Positions 56,501-64,000 of a stretch of DNA of 64,000 nt are shown here, one piece after another. This DNA comes from a virus. The notes below the pieces were generated by a model that was not told the origin of the DNA, ran no database searches, and worked only from the letters and a program-made list of their open reading frames with translations. Positions within the stretch are counted from its first letter, which is position 1, and each line of letters starts with the position of its first letter. The stretch is from the IMG/VR virus record IMGVR_UViG_3300042562_003539, positions 4,912-68,911 of that record; one strand, written 5' to 3'. The translations under genes were made by a program, and so were the position numbers.

Positions 56501-59372
56501 GACCAGATGTTATATTACCACTGAATATCGATGCTACATCGGCAAGGTTGCCGCTTTGCACCTGTCCAGAATAAAGTAAAATACCTTCAATGGAAATTTG
56601 ATATTGTCCAATCTGGCCAGATGCAATATTACCACTTCTTACCGCATTATCACCTAATTCTCCACTTGTAACCAAACCAGAAACTAAATAAGCACCGCTC
56701 GCAAAATGAAATTGTCCAATTTGACCAGATGCTATATTGCCAGAATTTATAGAATTGTTGCCAAAAACTTTAGTTAATTCTTGTCCAACTCCAGCCAATA
56801 TATCCCTTGCTTGGCTTAAATTTGCACTTGTCTGAGCAATAGTTGCATCGGTTGAATATGTTAATTTATCTGCTGTTGAAACTAATGATGGACCAAATCC
56901 ACCTGCAAAATAACCTTTATTTAATCCTTCTGAAATTCCAGCTAATCCTGTCCTTGCTTGACTTAAATTTGCTGTTGTTTGAGCAGCAGTTGTGTCTGTT
57001 GAATATGTAGTTTTATCTGCTGTTGCAAAACTTCCGCCAGCAAAATAACCTTTTATTCCGTCTCCTGAAATTCCCGACAAATCTCTTCTTGCTTGACTTA
57101 AATTTGCAGTAGTTTGTGCGGTAGTTGTATCGTTTGAATATGTTAATTTTTCTGCTGTTGCCAAATAAGTAGATTCATTTGTAGCACCGCCAGCAAAATA
57201 ACCTTTTGTTGATCCTTCTGAAATTCCTGCCAAACTTCCCCTTGCTTGACTGAGATTTGCTGTTGTTTGCGATATACTTGTATCAGTTGAGTATGTTAAT
57301 TTATCTGCTGTTGAAACACCATTGGCTGCTCCCAAAGCTGTGGTTCCGCCAGCAAAATAACCTTTTGTTAGATAATGAGAAATTCCCGTTAAAATCCATC
57401 TTGATTGACTAAGATTTGCAGTTGTTTGCGATATACTTGTATCAGTTGAATATGTTAATTTTTCTGCTGTTGATACAATAACACCACCAGCCACAATTCT
57501 ACCGCCAGCAAAATAACCTTTTGTTGATCCTTCTGAAACTCCAGCCAAACCTCCTTTTGCGGTAATTAGATTAGCAGATGCTTGGGCAGCAGTTGTGTCT
57601 GTTACATATGTTAATTTATCTGTCGTTGCGACATAACTATTTGTATTTCCACCAGCAAAATAACCTTTATCTCCTCCTCTGGTTGTTCCAATATTTATTC
57701 CAGCATTGAAATCATTTATTTGAAATCTTCCAATTTGACCAGATGCAATATTTCCACTGAATATTGCGTTATCTCCAACACTTCCACTTGTTACTAATCC
57801 AGAAATTAAATAAGTACCACTTGAAAAATGAAAGTTGTTTATTTGACCTGATGCAATATTGCCGCTTGTTATTGAATTATTGCCAAAAGCAAGCGTGTAT
57901 TCTTGTCCAATTCCAACTACTTTGAATCTAGCTTGACTTAAATTAGCTGTTGTTTGAGCAGAAGTTGTGTCATTTGAATATGTTGTTTTATCTGCTGTTG
58001 CAACACGATTAGAAGAATTTGTATCGCCTCCTGCAAAATAACCTTTTGAAGATCCTTCTGAAACTCCAGCTAGATCATATCTTGCTTGGCTCAAGTTTGC
58101 ACTTGTTTGAGCAGCGGTTGTGTCAGTCGAAAAAATTATTTTGTCAGCGGTTGTCCTAATTCCGCTTGAAATTCCACCCGCAAAATACCCTCTATCTTGT
58201 CCCGCTATTGCACTTAATGATGTTCTTTTTACACTTAATTTTGCTGTTGTTTGAGTGGCAATTGTATCTGTTGAAAATGTTATTTTTTCAGCGGTATCAA
58301 CAATACCTCCTCCAAAAACACTTGAAGTTTGTCCACCAACAAAATATCCTTTGCTAGAACCATCGCTCATTCCTGCAAGATTTCCTCTTGCTTGCGTCAA
58401 ATCTGTACTTGTTTGAGCAACAGTTAAATCTGTTGAATATGTTATTTTATCTGTTGTTGAAACATAAGTTAAGGTGCCTGTATCACCTCCAGCAAAATAA
58501 CCTTTTGTTCTTTCTCCAGAACAACCAAATAAACTTCTTCTGGCTTGTGTTAAATTCGCACTTGTTTGAGCTGAAGTTGTATCACTAGAATATGTTGTCA
58601 CATCTGTTGTAGAAGATGGACTTGAACTATATCCTCCAGCAAAATAACCTTTGATTGTACCTTCTGAAACTGAAGCCAAACCATGTCTAGCTTCACTTAA
58701 ATTTGCCGATGTTTTAGCGGCAGTTGTATCATTTGAATAATTTATTTTATCTGCCGTTGAAACATTACTATTAGTATATCCACCAGCAAAGTATCCTTGG
58801 TTTCCGCCTCTGGATGTAACCAGATTGATCCCAAGACTAAAGCTGGTAATATTACTTATTTGACCAGAAGCAATATTGCCACTTACAACTGAATTATTAC
58901 TAAGATTTCCACTTGTAACAAATCCAGAAATTAAATAAGCACCACTCGCAAAATGAAATTTTCCAACTTGTCCTGATGCTATATTTCCACTGAAAACAAC
59001 ATTATCACCTATGTTTCCACTTCTGACTTGCCCAGATTTAAGAACAATGGCATCAGCAGATAAATTATATTGTCCTATTTGACCTGATGCGATATTTCCA
59101 CTTGTTACTGCATTGTTTCCAATATAACCAGAAGTTATTGTTCCACTCTGCAATGAAATACTTCCACCGCCAACCCCACTGGCCAAAGAAAATTGACCAA
59201 TTGATCCACTGGAAATATTGCCACTAAGTATAACACCATCACTAATTGATCCACTTGTTATATTGCCAGAAGATCCTGTTGAACGCCAAAAAACACCATT
59301 ATAAATCCAAGCATTAAAGCTGAATTCATAACGCTGTCCTGAAGTTGGTGATGAAGGAAAAGTAATTGGCAT
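50505..59372 (-). CDS. giant virion fibre with Ser-Gly repeats and five Kelch-like propellers (2955 aa)
   Basis: 30 GYF(A/V)GG repeats in five blocks of six, separated by SGNIASGQIG repeats. Confidence 0.85.
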   Translation of the reverse strand: MPITFPSSPTSGQRYEFSFNAWIYNGVFWRSTGSSGNITSGSISDGVILSGNISSGSIGQFSLASGVGGGSISLQSGTITSGYIGNNAVTSGNIASGQIGQYNLSADAIVLKSGQVRSGNIGDNVVFSGNIASGQVGKFHFASGAYLISGFVTSGNLSNNSVVSGNIASGQISNITSFSLGINLVTSRGGNQGYFAGGYTNSNVSTADKINYSNDTTAAKTSANLSEARHGLASVSEGTIKGYFAGGYSSSPSSTTDVTTYSSDTTSAQTSANLTQARRSLFGCSGERTKGYFAGGDTGTLTYVSTTDKITYSTDLTVAQTSTDLTQARGNLAGMSDGSSKGYFVGGQTSSVFGGGIVDTAEKITFSTDTIATQTTAKLSVKRTSLSAIAGQDRGYFAGGISSGIRTTADKIIFSTDTTAAQTSANLSQARYDLAGVSEGSSKGYFAGGDTNSSNRVATADKTTYSNDTTSAQTTANLSQARFKVVGIGQEYTLAFGNNSITSGNIASGQINNFHFSSGTYLISGLVTSGSVGDNAIFSGNIASGQIGRFQINDFNAGINIGTTRGGDKGYFAGGNTNSYVATTDKLTYVTDTTAAQASANLITAKGGLAGVSEGSTKGYFAGGRIVAGGVIVSTAEKLTYSTDTSISQTTANLSQSRWILTGISHYLTKGYFAGGTTALGAANGVSTADKLTYSTDTSISQTTANLSQARGSLAGISEGSTKGYFAGGATNESTYLATAEKLTYSNDTTTAQTTANLSQARRDLSGISGDGIKGYFAGGSFATADKTTYSTDTTAAQTTANLSQARTGLAGISEGLNKGYFAGGFGPSLVSTADKLTYSTDATIAQTSANLSQARDILAGVGQELTKVFGNNSINSGNIASGQIGQFHFASGAYLVSGLVTSGELGDNAVRSGNIASGQIGQYQISIEGILLYSGQVQSGNLADVASIFSGNITSGQIGQFHFASGAYLISGLLTSGDFGNNSITSGNIASGQIGQYQISIENIILSSGQVQSGNIANNAVLSGNITSGQIGKIHFQSGSLLPTSGQITSGMMGGSSIFSGNIASGQIGQFNFSSGSYLISGLVTSGKFGNNSVTSGNIASGQIGKIHFQSGTLLPTSGQITSGIIGVSLTQFGAGYFAGGFNGIYVSTADKLTYPTDTTAAQTTANISQARRDLAGVSGERTKGYFAGGDTDTKVTTADKLTYSTDTTAAQTTANLSQARDGLAGVSEGSTKGYFVGGGTPTTQATADKITYSTDTTVAQASANLSQATSYLAGCSGEGTKGYFAGGNAGGVVVTAYKLTYSTDTTAAQASANLSLARFLLAGCSGEGTKGYFAGGSTGSNTARADKLTYSTDITAAQTTANLSQERQSLTGISEGSTKGYFAGGSAGGGVATADKLTYSTDTTVAQTTANLSQARIGLAGVDGTTSFYSNVFSGNIASGQVGQFHFSSGSYLISGLATSGDFGNSSIFSGNIASGQVGQFHFANGAYFISGLAMSGNFGNNSVVSGNIASGQVGQFNFTSGAYLVSGLTKSGSFGNNSVVSGSIASGRIGRFHFASGAYLFSGFAQSGSFGDNSTRSGSIASGQVGQFHFTSGAYLVSGLTQSGSFGNNSIFSGNISSSEIGQFHFASGAYFISGLAMSGSFDDNSVVSGSIASGNIGRFQISIEGILLYSGQVRSGNLANAASIFSGNIASGQIGQFHFSSGSYFVSGMATSGSFNSITVVSGSIASGQINNFHLVSQEIVLFSGQVRSGNIGNAAIFSGNISSNEIGRFHFTSGGLLPISGTVTSGYFANNSVVSGSIASGRIVYPAFQDQSIYSGAISSGVLGGLGAFGNNAIFSGNISSNAIFQQPISSGCVISGNLSEFSVHSGSITSGAIGGSQINSGQITNDTISSGQINTVLLGSGSVISVYNNSIVSGIISSGTAYTFDFSNNSIRSGNIASGAIGNIHFGNASVTSGAVPSGTVIFNMVGANATVAYNFADVALASGNFALQSVTGQNLANGVWPIPTAFYVSGGITAFMFDNNSIVSGSISTTTTLISQGYFAGGSTGANVSTTDKILYSTDTTAAQTSANLSQSRNELTGISDYTTNGYFAGGATTSFSGHVATTDKIVYSTNTTTAQTTANLSQARQGLAGCSGERTKGYFAGGTTDGANSLSTADKLTYSNDTTVAQTTANLSQARYYLAGISEGTTKGYFAGGQSSTVLVTADKLTFSNDTTAAQTTADLSTATAYISGCSGEGTKGYFAGGGTFAITFNAYKLTYTTDTTAAQTTANLSQARRELAGISEGSTEGYFAGGNGPVTTTDKLLFSTDTTAAQTTANLSQARNSLAGIDGAQNYLIIPYLVISGKLTTTEANEIRFTNMASGSVVSGNIVSGVVFSDATTNNFSNAGVRSGNIASGQVSISVHLANETIRSGNIGSGVIRFPTFFGDTTQYVNIGSGQIDNVHIGEKILSNPVKQGYFAGGFNGIVVVATADKLTYSTDTTAAQATANLSQARYALAGCSGEGTKGYFAGGDSSGGVVSTAYKLTYSSDTTVAQATANLSQARGNLAGASEGLTKGYFVGGTNNIIEVATADKITYSTDITVAQTSANLSQAKYGLAGCSGEGTKGYFAGGSSTGVAAVSTAEKLTYSTDITVAQTSANLSQARYGLAGVSEGTTKGYFAGGTTDVNQPNSLNTADKLTYSTDTTAAQTTANLSQARNYLAGISEGTKGYFAGGNTGAIVATADKLTYSTDTTAAQTSANLSQARNLLAGIDGGTLYTVTYSQFMTSSKLSSGTIGLTTASGQNAAFPYNLAETAEINTNQPMFDYFVFQELCSGIKAVCIASGSRVVRAQRASGMRLPAIGVTSGTVNSGSTGRVYYYGYVGRVGSFAANSGLYNGISGFQGQPLYVGSGGNIVNQSGMRGASSGAPFISGNMQQQIGIAMSGGLFVMPSPRIVRSGFQGKLPYDHPA

Positions 59373-59385
59373 AAATTAAACTCGA

Positions 59386-62300
59386 TTAAACATCATAAGG
59401 TAAGTTATTTGCAAATCCACTTCTACTGACGCACAAGTTTGGCATCACAAACATTCCGCCACTAACATATACGCCTATCGACTGCTGCATGTCACCAGAA
59501 AGACCCGGTGCTGATAAAACACCGCCAATAGTAAATCCACTTCTGTTAACAACAATTCCACCAGAACCAACATAAAGTAAGTTGCCTTCAAATCCACTTG
59601 CAATCATGCCAGAAGCAGCACTAAATATTCTTCCGTAAGAAACAACAGAACATGCAGTTCCGCTTAAAGCTCCACTCATAGTGACACCTATTGCTGGCAA
59701 TCTCAGACCACTACCGCATTGAGCCAGTAGAATTACACCACCTGATCCCATGCAAACAGCCTTAATCCCAGAGATAAATTCACCAGCGTTGAATGCTGTT
59801 GTCATAATTCGATAAGCATTCAAAGAAGTCGCATTCGGCGTTAAGTGAATAGTATCAATTTGACCAGAACCAATGTTTGCGCCAATAATAGAGGAACTCG
59901 CAAGATGGAATGTACCGATCTGCCCACTTCCAATTTGACCACTCGCCAAGGCTCCTGAACTTAGGTGAACCGACCCTATAATTCCACTTGCAATTACACC
60001 GCTTATAAAAGTTCCTGATGAAATATGAAACCCACCAACTTGACCACTGGCAATATTTCCACTTCTAACAGAGTTGTTGGCAAGATGAAATTGTCCAATT
60101 TGACCTGATGCTATGGCACCACTTGTTACAGAACCTGATCCCAAGTTTGTATTGAAGATAACGCCTGATGCAATGTTATTATTGAATATTTGACCTGAGG
60201 CAATGTTAAAATTAAATACAGCGCCGTCTCCAACCATACCTGATGTAATATTGCCTGATCTTATATTAGGACTAAGAATGACAGTTGCCGCCAAGTGACC
60301 GCTACCGATTTGACCACTGGCAATGTTACCGCTAAGGATAGAACCTGAACTGATTTTACCGCTTGATATTGCTCCAGAGGATATGTGAAATTGTCCAATT
60401 TGACCTGATGCTATGGCTCCACTTCTCACCGCACCGCTTGCCACATGAGGAACGCCAATTTGACCGCTGGCTATGTTTCCGCTTCGTATTCCAGCGTTGG
60501 CGACATGAAATCCATCTATTTGTCCCGAAGCAATGCTTCCACTTACTACCGCTCCAAGTCCTAATTTACCACTTAATACCGCACCTGATAATATGTGAAA
60601 ATTCAAAATTGCATTTGCAGCAATGTTAAAACTGTTTACGGCACCAGAGTTGATGTGTAATGTTCCTACTTGACCGCTAGCAATGTTTCCACTTACGACT
60701 GCTGCGTTTCCAATTTTACCAGAACTGACTGCTCCTGATGATATGTGACCACCAACGATTTGACCGCTACCTATATGTCCACTTAATATAGCACCTGAAG
60801 ATATATGAAATGGTCCAATTTGTCCGCTTGCTATGTTTCCACTTAGTACTGCTCCACTTCCAAAATGAAATTGACCAATTTGACCAGAGGCGATTGAACC
60901 ACTTACTATTGATGCGTTGCCAATCATTCCGCTAGTTATCTGTCCAGACAAAGGAAGTGTGGTTCCACTCAATAAATGATTTATTCCTATTTGGCCAGAT
61001 GCAATGCTTCCACTTACAACTGCTGCGTTTCCTATCATACCACTTTGAACTTGACCTGAAACAAGAACAACTGCCCCGCTTGCTAAGTGAAAATTGCTAA
61101 CTTGACCAGATGCAATATTACCGCTTGTTACTGCTGCGTTTCCAATATTACCGCTTCTTATCGTTCCTGAAAAAAGAACGATTGCTCCGCTTGAAATATG
61201 GAAGTTGCTTATTTGACCAGATGCAATGCTTCCGCTTACAACTGCTGCGTTTCCTATCATGCCACTTTGAACTTGACCTGAAACAAGAACAATCGCTCCG
61301 CTCGACAAGTGGAAGTTGCTAACCTGACCAGATGCAATGTTACCGCTTGTTACTGCTGCGTTTCCAATATTGCCGCTTCTTATCGTTCCTGAAAAAAGAA
61401 CGATTGCTCCACTTGAAATATGAAAATTACTTATCTGACCAGATGCAATATTGCCACTTAAAATTGCTGCATTACCAACCATGCCACTTTGTATTTGTCC
61501 AGAAAGAATAATTATTGCGCCGCTTGAAATGTGAAAGTTACTTATTTGACCAGATGCAATATTTCCGCTGACTACTGCTGCGTTGCCAATCATGCCACTT
61601 GTTAATTGACCTGAAAGTGGCAGTGTGGCTCCACTTGAAATATGGAGGTTGCTTATTTGACCAGATGCAATGTTTCCGCTGACTATTGCTGCGTTTCCAA
61701 TTAGTCCACTTTGTATTTGTCCAGAAAGAATAACGATTGCGCCGCTTGATATATGAAAATTGCTAATTTGACCAGATGCAATGCTTCCACTTACAACTGC
61801 TGCGTTTCCTATATTTCCGCTTCTTATTTGACCAGAACCAAGAACAATTGCTCCGCTTGAAATGTGAAAGTTACTTATCTGGCCAGAAGCAATATTTCCG
61901 CTTGTTACTGCTGCATCACCAATTAGTCCACTGGTTATTTGACCAGAAAGAATAACGATTGCACCGCTTGAAATGTGAAAGTTACTTATTTGACCTGATG
62001 CTATATTTCCACTAACTACAGCATTGTTTCCAAGCATTCCACTTGTTATTTGTCCAGATAATTGTGTTGTCGTTCCACTAATTAAATGATTAATTCCTAT
62101 TTGGCCAGATGCAATATTTCCGCTTGTTACCGCTGCGTTTCCAATTAGTCCACTAGTTATTTGACCAGAAAGAATAACAATTGCACCGCTTGAAATATGA
62201 AAGTTACTTATTTGACCTGATGCTATATTTCCACTAACTACAGCATTATTTCCAAGCATTCCACTTGTTATTTGACCAGATAAAGGAGTTGTTGTTCCAC

Positions 62301-63612
62301 TTATTAAATGATTTGTTCCAATTTGGCCAGATGCAATGCTTCCGCTTACAACTGCTGCGTTTCCTATCATACCACTTTGAACTTGACCTGAAACAAGAAC
62401 AATTGCGCCGCTAGCTAAGTGAAAATTGCTAACCTGACCAGATGCAATATTTCCGCTTGTTACTGCTGCGTTTCCAATTAGTCCACTGGTTATTTGACCA
62501 GAAAGAATAACAATTGCGCCGCTAGAAATATGAAAGTTACTTATCTGACCAGACGCAATGCTTCCGCTAACTACAGCATTGTTTCCTATCATGCCACTTT
62601 GTATTTGACCAGATCCAAGAACAATTGCTCCGCTTGCTAAGTGAAAATTGCTAACCTGACCAGAAGCAATATTTCCGCTTGTTACTGCTGCGTTTCCAAT
62701 GGCTCCACTTCTTACATTTCCTGAAAGTAATATAATTGCGCCGCTTGAAATGTGAAAATTGCTTATTTGACCAGATGAAATATTGCCACTTAAAATTGCT
62801 GCATCGCCAACCATGCCACTTTGAACTTGACCAGAAGAAAGAACAATTGCTCCACTTGCGATGTGATACTGTCCGATTTGACCAGAAGCGATTGATCCAC
62901 TCACAACAGCATTGTCGCCAATCATTCCACTTGTTATTTGACCAGAAAGAGGTGTTACAGCACCACTTGCCAAGTGAAAACTACTTATTTGACCAGACGC
63001 TATACTTCCGCTTAAAACAGTGTTATTGCCAATATTACCACTTTGCACTTGACCAGAAGAAAGAGCAACTGCTCCGCTTGAAAGGTGATATTGACCAACT
63101 TGACCAGAAGCGATGCTGCCACTGACAACAGCATTATTGCCAATCATTCCGCTAGTTATTTGACCAGAAAGAGGTGTTGTTGCCCCACTGGAAAAATGAA
63201 ATTGACCAACCTGTCCAGAAGCTATATTGCCGCTTGTTACTGAATTGTTGCCAATCATTCCACTAGTTATCTGACCAGAAGAAAGAACAATTGCGCCGCT
63301 GGCAAGGTGAAATTGTCCTACCTGCCCTGATGCAATGTTTCCACTAGTTACAGCAGCGTTTCCAATATTTCCTGATTGAACACTTCCACTCGATAAAGTT
63401 CCGCCACCACCTACTCCGCTTGCTAAATGATATTGTCCTATTTGACCAGAGGCAATATTACCGCTGAATATAACATTGTCGCCCAACTGACCGCTTGTAA
63501 TGCTGCCAGAGGCGTTGGTAGAACGCCAAAATGTACCATTATAAATCCAAGCATTGAAGCTGAATTCATAACGCTGTCCTGAAGTTGGTGATGATGGAAA
63601 ACTAATTGGCAT
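59386..63612 (-). CDS. Ser-Gly repeat virion fibre (1408 aa), paralog of the downstream gene
   Basis: 35-aa SG repeats; N- and C-terminal domains shared with 50505..59372. Confidence 0.85.
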   Translation of the reverse strand: MPISFPSSPTSGQRYEFSFNAWIYNGTFWRSTNASGSITSGQLGDNVIFSGNIASGQIGQYHLASGVGGGGTLSSGSVQSGNIGNAAVTSGNIASGQVGQFHLASGAIVLSSGQITSGMIGNNSVTSGNIASGQVGQFHFSSGATTPLSGQITSGMIGNNAVVSGSIASGQVGQYHLSSGAVALSSGQVQSGNIGNNTVLSGSIASGQISSFHLASGAVTPLSGQITSGMIGDNAVVSGSIASGQIGQYHIASGAIVLSSGQVQSGMVGDAAILSGNISSGQISNFHISSGAIILLSGNVRSGAIGNAAVTSGNIASGQVSNFHLASGAIVLGSGQIQSGMIGNNAVVSGSIASGQISNFHISSGAIVILSGQITSGLIGNAAVTSGNIASGQVSNFHLASGAIVLVSGQVQSGMIGNAAVVSGSIASGQIGTNHLISGTTTPLSGQITSGMLGNNAVVSGNIASGQISNFHISSGAIVILSGQITSGLIGNAAVTSGNIASGQIGINHLISGTTTQLSGQITSGMLGNNAVVSGNIASGQISNFHISSGAIVILSGQITSGLIGDAAVTSGNIASGQISNFHISSGAIVLGSGQIRSGNIGNAAVVSGSIASGQISNFHISSGAIVILSGQIQSGLIGNAAIVSGNIASGQISNLHISSGATLPLSGQLTSGMIGNAAVVSGNIASGQISNFHISSGAIIILSGQIQSGMVGNAAILSGNIASGQISNFHISSGAIVLFSGTIRSGNIGNAAVTSGNIASGQVSNFHLSSGAIVLVSGQVQSGMIGNAAVVSGSIASGQISNFHISSGAIVLFSGTIRSGNIGNAAVTSGNIASGQVSNFHLASGAVVLVSGQVQSGMIGNAAVVSGSIASGQIGINHLLSGTTLPLSGQITSGMIGNASIVSGSIASGQIGQFHFGSGAVLSGNIASGQIGPFHISSGAILSGHIGSGQIVGGHISSGAVSSGKIGNAAVVSGNIASGQVGTLHINSGAVNSFNIAANAILNFHILSGAVLSGKLGLGAVVSGSIASGQIDGFHVANAGIRSGNIASGQIGVPHVASGAVRSGAIASGQIGQFHISSGAISSGKISSGSILSGNIASGQIGSGHLAATVILSPNIRSGNITSGMVGDGAVFNFNIASGQIFNNNIASGVIFNTNLGSGSVTSGAIASGQIGQFHLANNSVRSGNIASGQVGGFHISSGTFISGVIASGIIGSVHLSSGALASGQIGSGQIGTFHLASSSIIGANIGSGQIDTIHLTPNATSLNAYRIMTTAFNAGEFISGIKAVCMGSGGVILLAQCGSGLRLPAIGVTMSGALSGTACSVVSYGRIFSAASGMIASGFEGNLLYVGSGGIVVNRSGFTIGGVLSAPGLSGDMQQSIGVYVSGGMFVMPNLCVSRSGFANNLPYDV

Positions 63613-63628
63613 TTTTTATCCTAAATTT

Positions 63629-64000
63629 TTACTGGACCCATTGTGCTGTAGCACCATCATAAATATAAGTGAGTAATGTTCCTGTATTTGTGTCGAACCA
63701 TCTGTCACCATAAAGTGGGCTAGATGGGGTACTTTCATTGATTGTAAAAGATGGGACAAGACCACTTGTTAAACTGTATTTTCCAATTTGTCCGCTTGCT
63801 ATACTTCCGCTAACTACAGCACCAGCACCAATCATTCCAGAGGTTATAACTCCAGAAGTCAAAAAGCCAACAACAACTCCAGAAGCTAAGTGATTGGTGC
63901 CAATGCTTCCACTGGCGATACTACCAGAAACTACAGCAGAGTCACCTATAAATCCGCTGACTACTGCCCCTGAAAATAATGGTGGTTGATTTATTCGCAT
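63629..64000 (-). CDS. Ser-Gly repeat protein (may continue beyond the window edge)
   Basis: Same SG repeat; C-terminal PSSPLYGDRWFDT..G.L..Y..W fibre motif. Confidence 0.7.
   Translation of the reverse strand: MRINQPPLFSGAVVSGFIGDSAVVSGSIASGSIGTNHLASGVVVGFLTSGVITSGMIGAGAVVSGSIASGQIGKYSLTSGLVPSFTINESTPSSPLYGDRWFDTNTGTLLTYIYDGATAQWVQ

Noticed and set aside
50505-59372. Propeller repeats as CRISPR-like array or DGR template/variable repeats
   Set aside because: Repeats are in-frame protein units with synonymous variation; variability includes indels and is not adenine-specific; no reverse transcriptase in the window.
1-64000. Alternative genetic code (stop-codon reassignment as in some jumbo phages)
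   Set aside because: Conserved genes are full-length in the standard code and end in TAA, TAG or TGA; coding density is high.
1-64000. Cellular or eukaryotic giant-virus origin suggested by pyrB, glf, collagens and Hel308
   Set aside because: Shine-Dalgarno sites, sigma70 promoters, overlapping operons and the gp41/gp32/UvsX/UvsY/UvsW set point to a bacteriophage; no capsid or terminase gene is in the window, so this remains an inference.

Overview
AT-rich, gene-dense fragment of a large (jumbo-type) tailed dsDNA phage genome in the standard genetic code. I saw no rRNA, tRNA, CRISPR array, integrase or transposase. It has three interleaved layers. (1) A T4-like replication/recombination core: gp41-like helicase, gp32-like SSB, UvsX, UvsY, UvsW, dNMP kinase, dCMP deaminase, TnsA/gp4-like nuclease and a region-2-only sigma factor. 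Beside these sit a Hel308/Ski2-type helicase, pyrB, a RimI-like acetyltransferase and an amidoligase. (2) About 20 glycan-building and glycan-decorating enzymes: GT2/GT4/GT9/GT25/GT31-like, glf, SAM methyltransferases, a sulfotransferase and a 2OG-Fe(II) oxygenase. (3) Very large repetitive virion-type fibres: two Gly-X-Gln collagens and Ser-Gly repeat fibres, one carrying five six-bladed Kelch-like propellers. The best candidate for an undescribed system is at 22148-24004: a family A DNA polymerase that keeps its catalytic palm and fingers but lacks the thumb, directly preceded by a ~400-nt, heavily base-paired non-coding element with its own near-consensus promoter. All calls come from reading motifs by eye; no searches or folding programs were run.
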